DNA of 63,293 bases from Thermoanaerobaculia bacterium (GTDB taxonomy: Bacteria > Acidobacteriota > Thermoanaerobaculia > UBA5066): positions 1 through 63,293 of the forward strand of contig DATKLW010000066.1 in NCBI GenBank assembly GCA_035542215.1, given 5' to 3'. Both the position numbers and the translations under genes were made by a program. Under the pieces are notes generated by a model. The model did not search any database. It was given only the letters and a program-made list of their open reading frames with translations, and was not told the origin of the DNA. Shown piece after piece: positions 1-9,246 of the stretch. The number at the start of each line of letters is the position of its first letter. Position 1 is the first letter of the stretch.

Positions 1-32
1 GGCCCGAACCTCTTCGATGCGCTTCCTATCCG

Positions 33-2621
33 TCAGTTGATCGTCCAGGAGAACGTCTTCGTGTCCGTGGTGCTCAGGGCGTCTGTGACCGTCACGGTGA
101 ACACATAGGTTCCGGTCGCCGTCGGCGTTCCCGAGAACACACCCGTCGTCGGGGCCAGCGATGCCGGGCTCATACCGGCCGGCAGACTTCCGCTGAGCGC
201 CCACGTGTACGGGGTCGTGCCGCCGGTGGCCGCGAACGTCGTCGTGTATGGGCTGTTGTTGACGCCGGCCGTGAGAGGGCTCGTGGTGGTGATCGATACG
301 CTCGCGTGGCACGTCGTATCCGTCGGGTTGTACAGAAGGACGTTCGGAAGGTCGACCGAGCACCCGGTCAGCGTGTTCGTGATCCGGATGCCAAACGACG
401 TCGGGACTTCCATCACGCCGCCCAGGCCGCAGTTATTCTTGTTGAAGGACCCCGCCGGCACCGCCGGCGCCGTGAACGAGAGCGACGTCGGGTTCGAAAC
501 GTTCGCGGTGTTGACCGGCGTGTTCGAGACCAGGCTTCCGTCCTTGATCAGGGCGACCGTCACCGGGGCGGCGAAGTTCGTGCCGGTGACCGTGATCGTC
601 GCCGGGCTGCCCGTCGCGGGGAACGCCGAGCCGTCCTGGCTGAGGTTCGACGGCGAGGCCGCGGTGGCCGTCGGCGGGTTCGCGTTGTACGTGAAGGGCA
701 CCGAAAGCGGCGTGCCCGAGTTGCACGCGAGGCCCGGGAACGTGAGGTCGATGAACCCGGCGGTCGACGTGCAGGAGAGGGCGCCGCCGAGGAGCGTCTG
801 GAGCGGCGGCAGCGTCACGATGATGGAGGTGTTCGAGACGTTCGTGACGTTGAGCGACGCGACCGGCGTGGCAGTCGAAGTCGCAAGACGATAGTTCGCG
901 ACCACCGGCTCGGCGAAGTTGTTGCCCGTGATGACGACCGTCGTCGACTGCGTGGCGCTGCCGACCGAAGGCGACGCGACGCCGGCCGTCGGACACGCGT
1001 AATACTTGAAGCAGCCCGGGCAGTTCGCCGTCTTTCCCGTCGCCGGGTTCAGGATCACGACGTCGACGAGCTGGCCCGCGAGGCAGGCGTTCCCGCCGAC
1101 CGCGATCGGCGTGTTGAAGACGATCTGCGACGGAAGGACCGAGATCACGGGCGCTTCGACGCGCTGCGCGCCGCAGTTGCCGCCCGTCATGAAGACCTGC
1201 ATCGGGAACTGGAAGTTCGCCCCGAACGCCGTCGTGCGCGTCGCCTGGTCGTTGGGCCCGGTGCGCGGCGAAACGGAGTAGAACGACGGGTCGAGGGCCT
1301 GGGCCGTGTAGACGAAGCCCCCCGCGACGCGATAGCAGCGCTGCGAGGCGCTTCCGAGGTCCGTCACGACGACGTCCACGGTCTCGGGCACGGTCGGCGA
1401 CGCCAGGACGCGGCGGGGCGTCGAGACCTGGATCGTCGTGCCGTTCGGATTCGAGGACGTGACGACTCCGGGGTTTCCGCCGAACGTGACGAGAAGGAGC
1501 GACGCGGACGCCGGGAAGCCGTTTCCCGTGATCGTCACGACGGTGCCGCCGTCCGGCGGGCCCGTGTTCGGCGTCAGGCTGGAGACGTAGAAGGTCGGGT
1601 CCGTGTTGCACGTTCCCGTCGCGCCGCTGCCCTTGTAGACGAACGGCGTCGGAGACGTCGCGGCCTGCACGGAGACGAGGCCGAGGTCGCGCGTGACGAC
1701 GACCGGGCAGCTCTCGGACACCGCGGTGTTCGCGAGCGTGTGGGCAGGCGTCGTCACGTTGATCTGGACGTCCGAGACCCCGGTGACCTGCGCGGGCAGG
1801 CCGCAGAACGTGACCTGGGTCGTCGCGATGTTCGTCCCGAAGTGGCTCCCGAGGATCACGACGGCGTCGCCGCCGCTCGGCGACCCGGCGATCGGACTGA
1901 GCGAGGCGATGCTCATCCTCTGGGCGACGCAGAAGTACGTGAACGTGACGGGCGCGGTCTGGCCCCCCGCGGCGACGATCACGACGTTCACCGTCTCGGG
2001 CACGAGCGAGTTCTTGAGCGCGTGGGCCGGCGTCGTGACCGTGATCGACGCGTTCGACCAGCTCACGATCGACGCGGGAGAGCCGCCGAAGAAGACGCTC
2101 CCGGGCGAGGTCCCGAAGAGGCCGCCGAGGAACGTGACGGAGTCGCCGCCCGCGCACGAGCCGCTCTGCGGCTGGAACGACGAAACGTACGGGCCCAGGG
2201 TCTGGGCGCCCGCATACGTGACGGTGATCGAAGCGGAGCCGCAGTCGTACGTCGCCTTGACGTGGGCCGGGCCGGGGTTGACCGAGTACAGCGTCACGTC
2301 GGCGGCGCCGCCGAGCGTCGTCTTCGAGACCGTCTGGAGGCCGTTCTCGGCGAAGAGGCCGAGGTCCGTCGACAGCAGGACCGAGGTCCCGTCGGCGACG
2401 GCGGCTCCGGACTTCGTCACGGCGGCCCGGACGACGACTTCGGTGCCGACGACGGGCGTCTGGGAGGTCGCGACCATCGCGATCACCACCGCGCAGGAGC
2501 CGCCGTTTCCGCCGCCGCCGCCCGAGGAGGTCGGGGAGGTCGGGGTCTCGCCCGCGCAGCCCGTGAGCAGAACCACGAGGCCCGCCGCCAGCGCGGCACT
2601 CGGGAACGGGATTCGTCGCAT
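33..2621 (-). CDS. Surface lipoprotein with an Ig-like module, at least 6 tandem IPT/TIG-like repeats and a C-terminal putative-Ig (cadherin-like) module
   Basis: ORF track 33..2645. Start trimmed to ATG 2621, with a GAGGTG SD 6 nt upstream. This gives the lipobox signal MRRIPFPSAALAAGLVVLLTGC. The pattern 'P..G...GG..V.I.G..F....V.FGG....S...I.V.TP' recurs about every 85 aa. C-terminus is 'TPYTWALSGSLPAGM...GTYVFTVTVTD'. Confidence 0.8.
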   Translation of the reverse strand: MRRIPFPSAALAAGLVVLLTGCAGETPTSPTSSGGGGGNGGSCAVVIAMVATSQTPVVGTEVVVRAAVTKSGAAVADGTSVLLSTDLGLFAENGLQTVSKTTLGGAADVTLYSVNPGPAHVKATYDCGSASITVTYAGAQTLGPYVSSFQPQSGSCAGGDSVTFLGGLFGTSPGSVFFGGSPASIVSWSNASITVTTPAHALKNSLVPETVNVVIVAAGGQTAPVTFTYFCVAQRMSIASLSPIAGSPSGGDAVVILGSHFGTNIATTQVTFCGLPAQVTGVSDVQINVTTPAHTLANTAVSESCPVVVTRDLGLVSVQAATSPTPFVYKGSGATGTCNTDPTFYVSSLTPNTGPPDGGTVVTITGNGFPASASLLLVTFGGNPGVVTSSNPNGTTIQVSTPRRVLASPTVPETVDVVVTDLGSASQRCYRVAGGFVYTAQALDPSFYSVSPRTGPNDQATRTTAFGANFQFPMQVFMTGGNCGAQRVEAPVISVLPSQIVFNTPIAVGGNACLAGQLVDVVILNPATGKTANCPGCFKYYACPTAGVASPSVGSATQSTTVVITGNNFAEPVVANYRLATSTATPVASLNVTNVSNTSIIVTLPPLQTLLGGALSCTSTAGFIDLTFPGLACNSGTPLSVPFTYNANPPTATAASPSNLSQDGSAFPATGSPATITVTGTNFAAPVTVALIKDGSLVSNTPVNTANVSNPTSLSFTAPAVPAGSFNKNNCGLGGVMEVPTSFGIRITNTLTGCSVDLPNVLLYNPTDTTCHASVSITTTSPLTAGVNNSPYTTTFAATGGTTPYTWALSGSLPAGMSPASLAPTTGVFSGTPTATGTYVFTVTVTDALSTTDTKTFSWTIN

Positions 2622-2634
2622 GGATTTCACCTCG

Positions 2635-3228
2635 TCACCGGACAAGCTTTCCCCCGGATCGGACGGAGACGCCGTTGTACGTGAAGAACATGTTGAACGT
2701 GGCCTCGCCCGAAACGACCGCCTGGCCCGAGATCGTGTGCCCGCTCCACGTGACGTGGCCGAGCTGGATGATCTCGGACTTGCCGGTCTCGCGGTCGATG
2801 CCGCCGTTGAACGGGTAGAGCTGGTCGAGCGGGGGAAGCAGGAGCTCGGCCGCGGACATGTACGGGTAGTTGCTCAGGGTCGACGTTCCGTTCGCGGGGA
2901 CGACCACCCCGACGCCGAACGTCTGGGTCGGGCTCGCGACGGTCCCGCCGTCGACCCGCGTCCAGCGCACGGTCGCCGTGTCCACCTGGACGTCCAGGAA
3001 CGTGAGCGTCGTGACGCCCGTTCTCTTCACCGTGTTCGTGAGCGTCGTCGTCTTGAACTGGAGCGGCGTCGCGTCCGTGAGCAGTTTTTCGAGCGGCAAT
3101 TCCGTGAACTCGCCGACGAGGAAGACCGGCGCGGCGCTGTCCCCCTGCGTGTTCGTGGAGCAACCCGGCAGGAGAGCCGCGACTGCCGCCGCGAGGGCGA
3201 GGGACGTGAGGGTTGTGGTTCTCTTCAT
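2635..3228 (-). CDS. Hypothetical lipoprotein (197 aa), no recognised domain
   Basis: ATG with AGGAG SD. Lipobox MKRTTTLTSLALAAAVAALLPGC. Lies 14 nt downstream of the pilQ stop and 13 nt upstream of the IPT/TIG gene. Codon usage matches its neighbours. Confidence 0.7.
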   Translation of the reverse strand: MKRTTTLTSLALAAAVAALLPGCSTNTQGDSAAPVFLVGEFTELPLEKLLTDATPLQFKTTTLTNTVKRTGVTTLTFLDVQVDTATVRWTRVDGGTVASPTQTFGVGVVVPANGTSTLSNYPYMSAAELLLPPLDQLYPFNGGIDRETGKSEIIQLGHVTWSGHTISGQAVVSGEATFNMFFTYNGVSVRSGGKLVR

Positions 3229-3242
3229 CGCACGCGCTCCTG

Positions 3243-6095
3243 TCAGCGGATGATCCGCGGGGTGATGAAGATCATCAGCTCGTCGGTGTTCTCGGACTGG
3301 TCCCGGCTCCGGAAGAGGTTTCCGATGAGCGGGATCTTCCAGAGGCCTGGGATCATCGACTGGGCATCGTTGGAGGTGATCTTGAAGATGCCGCCGATGA
3401 CCGCCGTCCCGCCGTCGCGCACCATGAGCCGCGTCTTGGCGTCGCGCGTCGTGAGCGGGATGTTCTGGCCGCTCGCGATGTTGATGCCCGCCGCCGGCTC
3501 GCGCTTCTGGATCGTGAGATCCATGATGACCGTTCCTTCGTTCGTGATCTGGGGCGTCACGTCGAGCCGGAGCGTCGCGTTGATGTAGAGGACGGACGTC
3601 GTGTTGTTCACGGTCGTCTGGACCGGAATCTGGAAGCCGGACTGGATGCTCGCGGCCTCACCCGTCTGCGTCTGGATCTTCGGAGTCGACACGACCTTCA
3701 CGAGGCCCCGCGACTCGGCCGCGTGGATCGACGCGTCCAGCTGGAACGTGTTGAGGACGTTTGCGAGCGAAAGCTGCAGGACCTGCGGAGCGCCGCTCGG
3801 GAGCGAGACGTTGCCCGCGGCGCTGCCGGAGTTCGGGAAGACGAGGCCCGTCGTGTTGCCCGTCGCCGGCCCCGAGACGGCGTTGAATCCCCAGACGATG
3901 CCGATGGAGTTCGAGAACGTCCGGGTCGCCTCGATGATGCGCGCCTCGATCATGACCTGCGGGCTCGCGACGTCGAGGTTCTTGATGAGGTCGAGGACCG
4001 TCGGAAGGTAATCCGGCAGCTCCTTGATCACGAGCGTGTTCGAGCGGGCGTCCACGAAGATGTCGCCGCGCACGGACATCACCTTTCGCGCCGTGGCCGC
4101 CATTTCGTTCACGTTGCCGTAGGAGACCTTCTGGAGAACCGTGCGAAGCGGCCGGTTCTTGTCCTGCGCCGCCGTGAACGCGAGCCGCGCCTGCTCCTCG
4201 GCGAGGAGTTTCGACGACGACGCGATCCGCATGACGTTGCCCTCGAGGACGTACCCGAGCTGGTTGATCTTGAGGATCAGCTCGAGGGCCTGGTCCCACG
4301 GGATCTCCTGGAGACTGACCGTGACGGTGCCGCGGACGTCGGGGTCGAGGACGATGTTGAGCTGCGTGAGCTCGCTGAACCTCTGGAGAGTGTCCTTGAT
4401 GTCGGCGTCCTTGAGGTTGAGCGTGATCGGCTCGCCCGTGTACTGCTTGTCGTTGGCGCCGAGCGTGCGCGCCTCGAACGGGTTCGCGATCTCGCGGGGC
4501 TTGCCGGCCGCGTCCTGCTGGTTGAGGAGCGTCTCGGCGGCCTCGATGAGAGCCTTGTCCTCGGCCGTCTTCCGGCGCTTCGGCGCGGGCTCGGCCGCGG
4601 GGGGGACCGGCTTCGACGCGGCGGCGACCGGCGCAGCCTTGACCTCCCGGACCTCCGGCGTCGACGGGACGAGGCGCGGGGGCTCGGACACCGCCGGGGA
4701 GGCGGTGCCCGACCCGTTCGTCGTCGCGACGATGACCGGGGCCGGGGGCGCCGGGGGCACCGGCTCGGGCTTCACGACCGTCTCCCGCGGCTCGTCCACC
4801 TCGTGCTTCTCGTACGAGCCGGCCGCCGGAACCGCGGCGGCGTGCGCGGAGGCCTCGACCGACGCTACCTTTTCGGGCGCGGCCGACACTCTGTCCGGGG
4901 CGGTGCTCATGGCCGCCGGCGGAACGGGCGTCTCGCTTTTCGCCGGCGGGGCGGGAGCCTCCGCGACGACGACGGCCGGAGCGGGAGCCGCGGCGTTCAC
5001 GTCCGCCGGCGGAGCCTCGACCTTCACCGGCGGGGCGGCCGTCTCCGCGACGGCGGGCGCCGGAGCGATGGCCGGGCCGGGCGCGGAGCCGGTCGCGACG
5101 GCCTGAGCCGTTCCGAACGCGAATGCGAGGCCCGTCGACGCGGTCTTCGCGGCGGGCTCGACGGGGGCCGCGAGGTCGAACACGACGCGCGTCACAGGCT
5201 CGGGTCCGCCCTTGAACTGCGAGGTCCTGACGCGCGTCACGGCCGGGTGCCGGACGTCCTGCGATTTCTTTTGCGTCGCGAGGAGGACCCCCGGAAGGTC
5301 GACCACGTAGCGCGGCGGATTCGCGAGCGCAAACGTGTCGTAGGCGAAAGCGCCGTTTCCCGAGAGCGTCACGACGAGGCGCCCGCCGCTCTGCGCGACG
5401 GAGACGCCGGACAGGCGGGTGGCGCGCGACCCGGCCGCGGCGTGATGGACCGGGACGGGCGCGGCTTCGGAAGCGCCGCCGATCGCGATCGAGGTCGTCG
5501 CGGCTGCAGCCGGCGCGGCCGCGGCGGGAACGTCCTCGGTCCTGACGCCCGGCTCGGGCTCGACCTTGACGACGGGGGTCTCGGCCGGCGCGGCCGACGC
5601 GACGGCGAGGGGCGCCGCGGCTTCCGCCGGCGCGGGGGCGGGCGCCGCCTTCGCGAGGCTCACCGCCATCGCGGGCGACCCGGACTGCGAGGCGATCGCG
5701 GGCTCGAGCGGGACGCGGCTCGTGAGCTCGAACTGGATGTGCGGCTTGCCCAGCTCCACGAAGGACTTCATCTCGATGCGGGAGAGGAACGCCCCATCGG
5801 CGCGGGGAGGCTCGAGCCCGGGGGCGGCGACGGCGTTCGCGACGTCCACGACGACCTTCGTGGATCCCTCGCGGTTGTAAAGCGTCGGGGCGAGCGGACC
5901 GTTCCCCGTCAGGAGCAGGCGGGGGGATTCCCCGTCCACGAGAAGCGTTGCGCCGGTCAGAACGACCGGAGCCGGCGCCGTCCTGCCGGAGTCCGCCGCA
6001 GCGGCCCGGTCGCCGGAGGAGGCGCACCCGGCGAGGACGGGTACGAGCAGCGCGAGCGCCGCGACACGCGCGGCGCGGGGACACGGGTTCCGCAT
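3243..6095 (-). CDS. pilQ: Type IV pilus secretin PilQ (two AMIN domains, Pro/Ala-rich linkers, N0/N1 and secretin domain)
   Basis: ORF track 3243..6815, trimmed to ATG 6095 (GGAGG SD 5 nt upstream). Lipoprotein-type signal MRNPCPRAARVAALALLVPVLAGC. C-terminal secretin block 'VSTPKIQTQTGEAASIQSG...IPLIGNLFR...ELMIFITPRII'. Follows pilMNOP. Confidence 0.9.
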   Translation of the reverse strand: MRNPCPRAARVAALALLVPVLAGCASSGDRAAAADSGRTAPAPVVLTGATLLVDGESPRLLLTGNGPLAPTLYNREGSTKVVVDVANAVAAPGLEPPRADGAFLSRIEMKSFVELGKPHIQFELTSRVPLEPAIASQSGSPAMAVSLAKAAPAPAPAEAAAPLAVASAAPAETPVVKVEPEPGVRTEDVPAAAAPAAAATTSIAIGGASEAAPVPVHHAAAGSRATRLSGVSVAQSGGRLVVTLSGNGAFAYDTFALANPPRYVVDLPGVLLATQKKSQDVRHPAVTRVRTSQFKGGPEPVTRVVFDLAAPVEPAAKTASTGLAFAFGTAQAVATGSAPGPAIAPAPAVAETAAPPVKVEAPPADVNAAAPAPAVVVAEAPAPPAKSETPVPPAAMSTAPDRVSAAPEKVASVEASAHAAAVPAAGSYEKHEVDEPRETVVKPEPVPPAPPAPVIVATTNGSGTASPAVSEPPRLVPSTPEVREVKAAPVAAASKPVPPAAEPAPKRRKTAEDKALIEAAETLLNQQDAAGKPREIANPFEARTLGANDKQYTGEPITLNLKDADIKDTLQRFSELTQLNIVLDPDVRGTVTVSLQEIPWDQALELILKINQLGYVLEGNVMRIASSSKLLAEEQARLAFTAAQDKNRPLRTVLQKVSYGNVNEMAATARKVMSVRGDIFVDARSNTLVIKELPDYLPTVLDLIKNLDVASPQVMIEARIIEATRTFSNSIGIVWGFNAVSGPATGNTTGLVFPNSGSAAGNVSLPSGAPQVLQLSLANVLNTFQLDASIHAAESRGLVKVVSTPKIQTQTGEAASIQSGFQIPVQTTVNNTTSVLYINATLRLDVTPQITNEGTVIMDLTIQKREPAAGINIASGQNIPLTTRDAKTRLMVRDGGTAVIGGIFKITSNDAQSMIPGLWKIPLIGNLFRSRDQSENTDELMIFITPRIIR

Positions 6096-6181
6096 GCTAC
6101 CTCCACCGGATCCCACCTGATCGGAAGAGCCCTTCAAGTTCTCGGACCCTTTGAGCATCGTCGTCATGGACGTCCCTTCGC

Positions 6182-6661
6182 TCACGGCTTCTTCTGGAGT
6201 GCGAGCGTCTTGACCACTTCGCGGAACGGCTTGGGATTCGTCGGGTCGTTCACGTTCTGGCGGAACGTAACTTCCGTCGCGGACACGTCGGTGACCTCGC
6301 CGTCGAAGAGGGTCGTGCCTTTGCGGATGAGATGCGACTTGCTGTCCGGTCCGCGCATCATCGCGACCCAGACGTTCTTGACCTTGATCGTGCCCTGGAG
6401 CTCGAGCTCGTCGACCATCACGCCGGCGAGGCCGGGTGGCCGCACGCGCTCCTTGTCGGAGGGGTTGCGGACGAGGAGCGAGCGGAACGGGTCCCGGCGG
6501 CCGCCGACCTCGTACGTGTAGACCGAGGGCGTGAAGTCCTGGTCCGTGATCTTCGCGTCGGGGGTCGGCTGCGGCGTCGGAGTCTGCTGCCCGGCCACGG
6601 GCGACGCCGCCGCGGCGAGGACGGCAAGCGCGAAGAGGGGGGCGGCGTGACGGGCGCTCAT
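6182..6661 (-). CDS. pilP: Pilus assembly protein PilP
   Basis: ORF track 6182..6976, trimmed to ATG 6661, which overlaps the pilO stop (ATGA). Signal peptide MSARHAAPLFALAVLAAAASPVAG. Conserved 'RRDPF' and 'L.L.G' blocks. Sits between pilO and pilQ. Confidence 0.8.
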   Translation of the reverse strand: MSARHAAPLFALAVLAAAASPVAGQQTPTPQPTPDAKITDQDFTPSVYTYEVGGRRDPFRSLLVRNPSDKERVRPPGLAGVMVDELELQGTIKVKNVWVAMMRGPDSKSHLIRKGTTLFDGEVTDVSATEVTFRQNVNDPTNPKPFREVVKTLALQKKP

Positions 6662-7326
6662 CCTTCCGGCATCTCCTTCTTCGCGGCGCCACCGGCCGGA
6701 CGCGGCGCGGCCTTCTTCGGCGCAGGCGCGCCAGCGGCGTTCGAGTCCGTGTCCCCGAGGTAGATGAACGTCTTCGCGGTGAAGTTCGCTCCGAGCGTGC
6801 GGCCGCCCTGGGCATCCGGGTAGCCGGTCATCGAGAGGTCTTCGATGTTGATGATCCGCGAAAACCGCGCGATCTTCTCGAAGAAGAGCGCGAGGTTGTG
6901 GTACGAGCCGTCGACCTGGAGCTCGATCGGCCACTCCGCGTAGAAGTCGCGGTTGATGTACTCCTTCGGCGCCCACTTTTTCGTGAAGAGCTCGCCCTGA
7001 CTCGCGAGCGCCTGGACCTTCTTGATGAGCTCCTCGGCGTTGCGGGCGGTCGGGAGGATCGAGAGGAGCCGCTGGAGGTCGAGCTCGGTCCGGCGCACCT
7101 CCTCGCGGAGCTGCGGGAGGCGGCGCTCGGCGGCGCGCCCCTGCGTGATCTTCTGCTGCAGCGCGTCGAGCTCGTTCTTCTTGTTCTCGAGCGTCTGCTT
7201 CATCTCGGAGAAGTTCGGAATCTGGTAGTAGGCGACGGCGTAAAGCGCGATCGCGATCGCGAGGCCGATTCCGAGGCCGTAATACCAGGGTTTCCCTTCG
7301 AGCTGCTTGAGGTCGATCGTCGCCAT
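6658..7326 (-). CDS. pilO: Pilus assembly protein PilO
   Basis: 222-aa ORF with an N-terminal TM helix (WYYGLGIGLAIAIALYAVAYY), a coiled coil, then a ferredoxin-like C-terminal part. Position in pilMNOPQ. Confidence 0.85.
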   Translation of the reverse strand: MATIDLKQLEGKPWYYGLGIGLAIAIALYAVAYYQIPNFSEMKQTLENKKNELDALQQKITQGRAAERRLPQLREEVRRTELDLQRLLSILPTARNAEELIKKVQALASQGELFTKKWAPKEYINRDFYAEWPIELQVDGSYHNLALFFEKIARFSRIINIEDLSMTGYPDAQGGRTLGANFTAKTFIYLGDTDSNAAGAPAPKKAAPRPAGGAAKKEMPEG

Positions 7327-7336
7327 CGCGCCCCCC

Positions 7337-7996
7337 CTACATTCCCGAAGCGCCGGCGCCGCCGGGCTTTCTGGAAGGCTCGGCCGGCTTCGCGGGGGAC
7401 GGGGCCGAGGTCTCCGGCTGCGTTCGGTCGAGGTTCGAGAACGTGAAGGACATCTTGTAGCAGTAGAGCTGCGATCCCGCCGTGCCCGAGCACGCGGAGA
7501 GGTCCGAGAGCTTCGGCTCCTGGAACGAGGGAACGAGCTTCAGGTTCGCGATGAAGTTCGCGACGGCGGGCGGATTGAAGGCCTTTCCGTCGAGCTGGAT
7601 CGCGTTCCCGTGGTACTCCATCCTCTCGATCCAGACGAGGTCGGGCAGCGCCCTCGAAACCTCGTCCATGAGGCGCACGGGGCCGCGCTGGTTCTGCTTG
7701 AGCTGGTTGATGAGATCGACCTTGCGCTGGACGCGCGCCTTCTTGGCCTCGTAGTCCTTGACCTCCTTGAGGACGGACTCGAGGCGCGTGACCTCCACCT
7801 GCGCGATCCGGATCTTCTCCTCCTGGGCCTTGATCTGGCTCCGGAGAACCCAGTAGTGAATGACCCCGACGAGGATCGCGAGACCGATGGCCCCGCCGAG
7901 GAGAAGCGTGTTCAGACGCCCGCCGGCGCCGAGGGCGGAAACGCCCTTCTTCTTGCGCTGGGGCCGTGCCTCGGAGAGGAGGTTGATCCGGATCAT
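7337..7996 (-). CDS. pilN: Pilus assembly protein PilN
   Basis: Characteristic N-terminus MIRINLLSE, a single TM helix and a coiled coil. Lies directly downstream of pilM. Confidence 0.85.
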   Translation of the reverse strand: MIRINLLSEARPQRKKKGVSALGAGGRLNTLLLGGAIGLAILVGVIHYWVLRSQIKAQEEKIRIAQVEVTRLESVLKEVKDYEAKKARVQRKVDLINQLKQNQRGPVRLMDEVSRALPDLVWIERMEYHGNAIQLDGKAFNPPAVANFIANLKLVPSFQEPKLSDLSACSGTAGSQLYCYKMSFTFSNLDRTQPETSAPSPAKPAEPSRKPGGAGASGM

Positions 7997-8000
7997 TCGG

Positions 8001-9056
8001 CTACTCCCCGATCTTCCGGACGCCGAGTCCGACGGCGATCGCGAGCGAGGGCGAGGCCTCGGAAAGCCACGAGGCGTCCACCGAGCGGTCGTCGGTAAAG
8101 ATCGACCGGAACGGGTTCATCGCCTCGACGGGCAGTCCGAACTTGTCCTTCAGGGTGTCCTCGAAGTGCGCGGCCTTCGAGCCGCCTCCGGAGACGACGA
8201 TCGAGTCCACGCGGTCGGCGCCCGACGTGGCCTGGAAGAAATCGAGCGTCTTCTGGAGCTCGGCCGCCGCGTCCTCCGAGACGCCCGTCAGGACGGGCTG
8301 GATCGACGCGGCGTTCTGGCCCGCGACGGGCTCGCCCTTCTTGAGGGCCTCGGCTTGCTCGAAGTTGAGTGAATACGCCTTCTGGAGGGCGTCCGTGAAC
8401 TGGTTGCCCCCGAACGTGATGTCGCGCCAGAAGACCGTCTGGCCCTGCGCGAGGATGTTGACGTTCATGACGGAGGCGCCGATGTTCACGAGGGCCACGA
8501 CGCGGCCCGGATCGGCCCCGTAGTTGACCTCGTAGCAGTTCTGGAGCGCGAACGCGTCGACGTCCACGAGCGAGGGCGAGCGCCCCGCCTGGGTCACGAC
8601 GTTCTTGAAGTCGTCGACTTTCTCCTTTTTCGCGGCCACGAGCAGGACGCCCATCGTCTCCCCGACGGCGCCGGGGTCGAGGACGACATAGTCGAGGTAG
8701 ACGTCGTTGATGTCGAACGGGACGTACTGCTCGGCTTCCCAGCGAATGGACTCGGAGAGCTCCTCCTCCGGCATCGTCGGCAGCATGATTTTCTTGACGA
8801 TGACGGAGTGGCCCGAAACGGACACCGCCACGTTCGGGTTCTTGACTCCCGTGGACGCGAGGAGGCGCGTGATGGTCTCGACCACGAGCGAGGAGTCCAT
8901 GATGGCGCCGTCCACGATCGCCTCGGGCGAAAGGGTCTCGAGCCCCGCCTTGACGAGGTGGAAGGTGCCCTCCTTGCCCTCTTTCAACTCGACCAGCTTG
9001 ACGGCCGACGAGCCGATGTCGAGTCCGACGAGGTTTTTCGCCTTGCGGAACAGCAC
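8001..9056 (-). CDS. pilM: Type IV pilus assembly ATPase-fold protein PilM
   Basis: Actin-like fold signature 'VGLDIGSSAVKLVEL'. 351 aa, GTG start with AGGAGG upstream. First gene of pilMNOPQ. Confidence 0.9.
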   Translation of the reverse strand: MLFRKAKNLVGLDIGSSAVKLVELKEGKEGTFHLVKAGLETLSPEAIVDGAIMDSSLVVETITRLLASTGVKNPNVAVSVSGHSVIVKKIMLPTMPEEELSESIRWEAEQYVPFDINDVYLDYVVLDPGAVGETMGVLLVAAKKEKVDDFKNVVTQAGRSPSLVDVDAFALQNCYEVNYGADPGRVVALVNIGASVMNVNILAQGQTVFWRDITFGGNQFTDALQKAYSLNFEQAEALKKGEPVAGQNAASIQPVLTGVSEDAAAELQKTLDFFQATSGADRVDSIVVSGGGSKAAHFEDTLKDKFGLPVEAMNPFRSIFTDDRSVDASWLSEASPSLAIAVGLGVRKIGE

Positions 9057-9230
9057 GGTCAGCTGACCTCCTACCCCGGAACGCCTGACACGGTCCGCCG
9101 TGAAAAGAGATTGACTCGCCTTATTGTGTGCGTCCCCCCCTGGGTGGTGTCAAGTCGTTGGGAATGTGCGATTTCCCTTGCGACAACGAATCAGTTGTGG
9201 TACAAGTCCGCCCCATCCCGAAAGCGAAAG

Positions 9231-9246
9231 CGGCTCTTCGGAGCCG
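9231..9246 (-). terminator. Hairpin downstream of rel (6-bp stem, tetraloop) followed by a T-rich stretch
   Basis: Minus strand: CGGCTC-CGAA-GAGCCG followed by CTTTCGCTTTCGGG. Confidence 0.3.

Noticed and set aside
306-2684. 792-aa plus-strand ORF (and 433..2157, 205..894) overlapping the IPT/TIG gene
   Set aside because: The product is an Arg/Asp/Glu/Gly-rich low-complexity translation, typical of antisense or off-frame shadow ORFs in high-GC DNA. It has no SD or motifs, and the minus-strand frame has clear domain repeats.
4572-5654. GC-rich low-complexity DNA in pilQ as a tandem repeat or VNTR
   Set aside because: No exact repeating unit was found. It is compositional low complexity that encodes Pro/Ala linkers.
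3213-6521. 1102-aa plus-strand ORF and the 808-aa alternative minus frame (3658..6084) over pilQ
   Set aside because: Shadow ORFs: Arg-rich nonsense composition. The pilQ frame carries AMIN and secretin motifs.
6096-6815. N-terminal 240-codon extension of the pilQ ORF in the track
   Set aside because: The extension is Arg/Pro-rich and overlaps pilP. A GGAGG SD plus a lipoprotein signal peptide define the start at 6095.
9123-9153. TTGACA ... CACAAT as the pilM promoter
   Set aside because: The spacer is 19 nt, outside the usual 16-18 nt. It is kept only as a remark in the intergenic-region finding.
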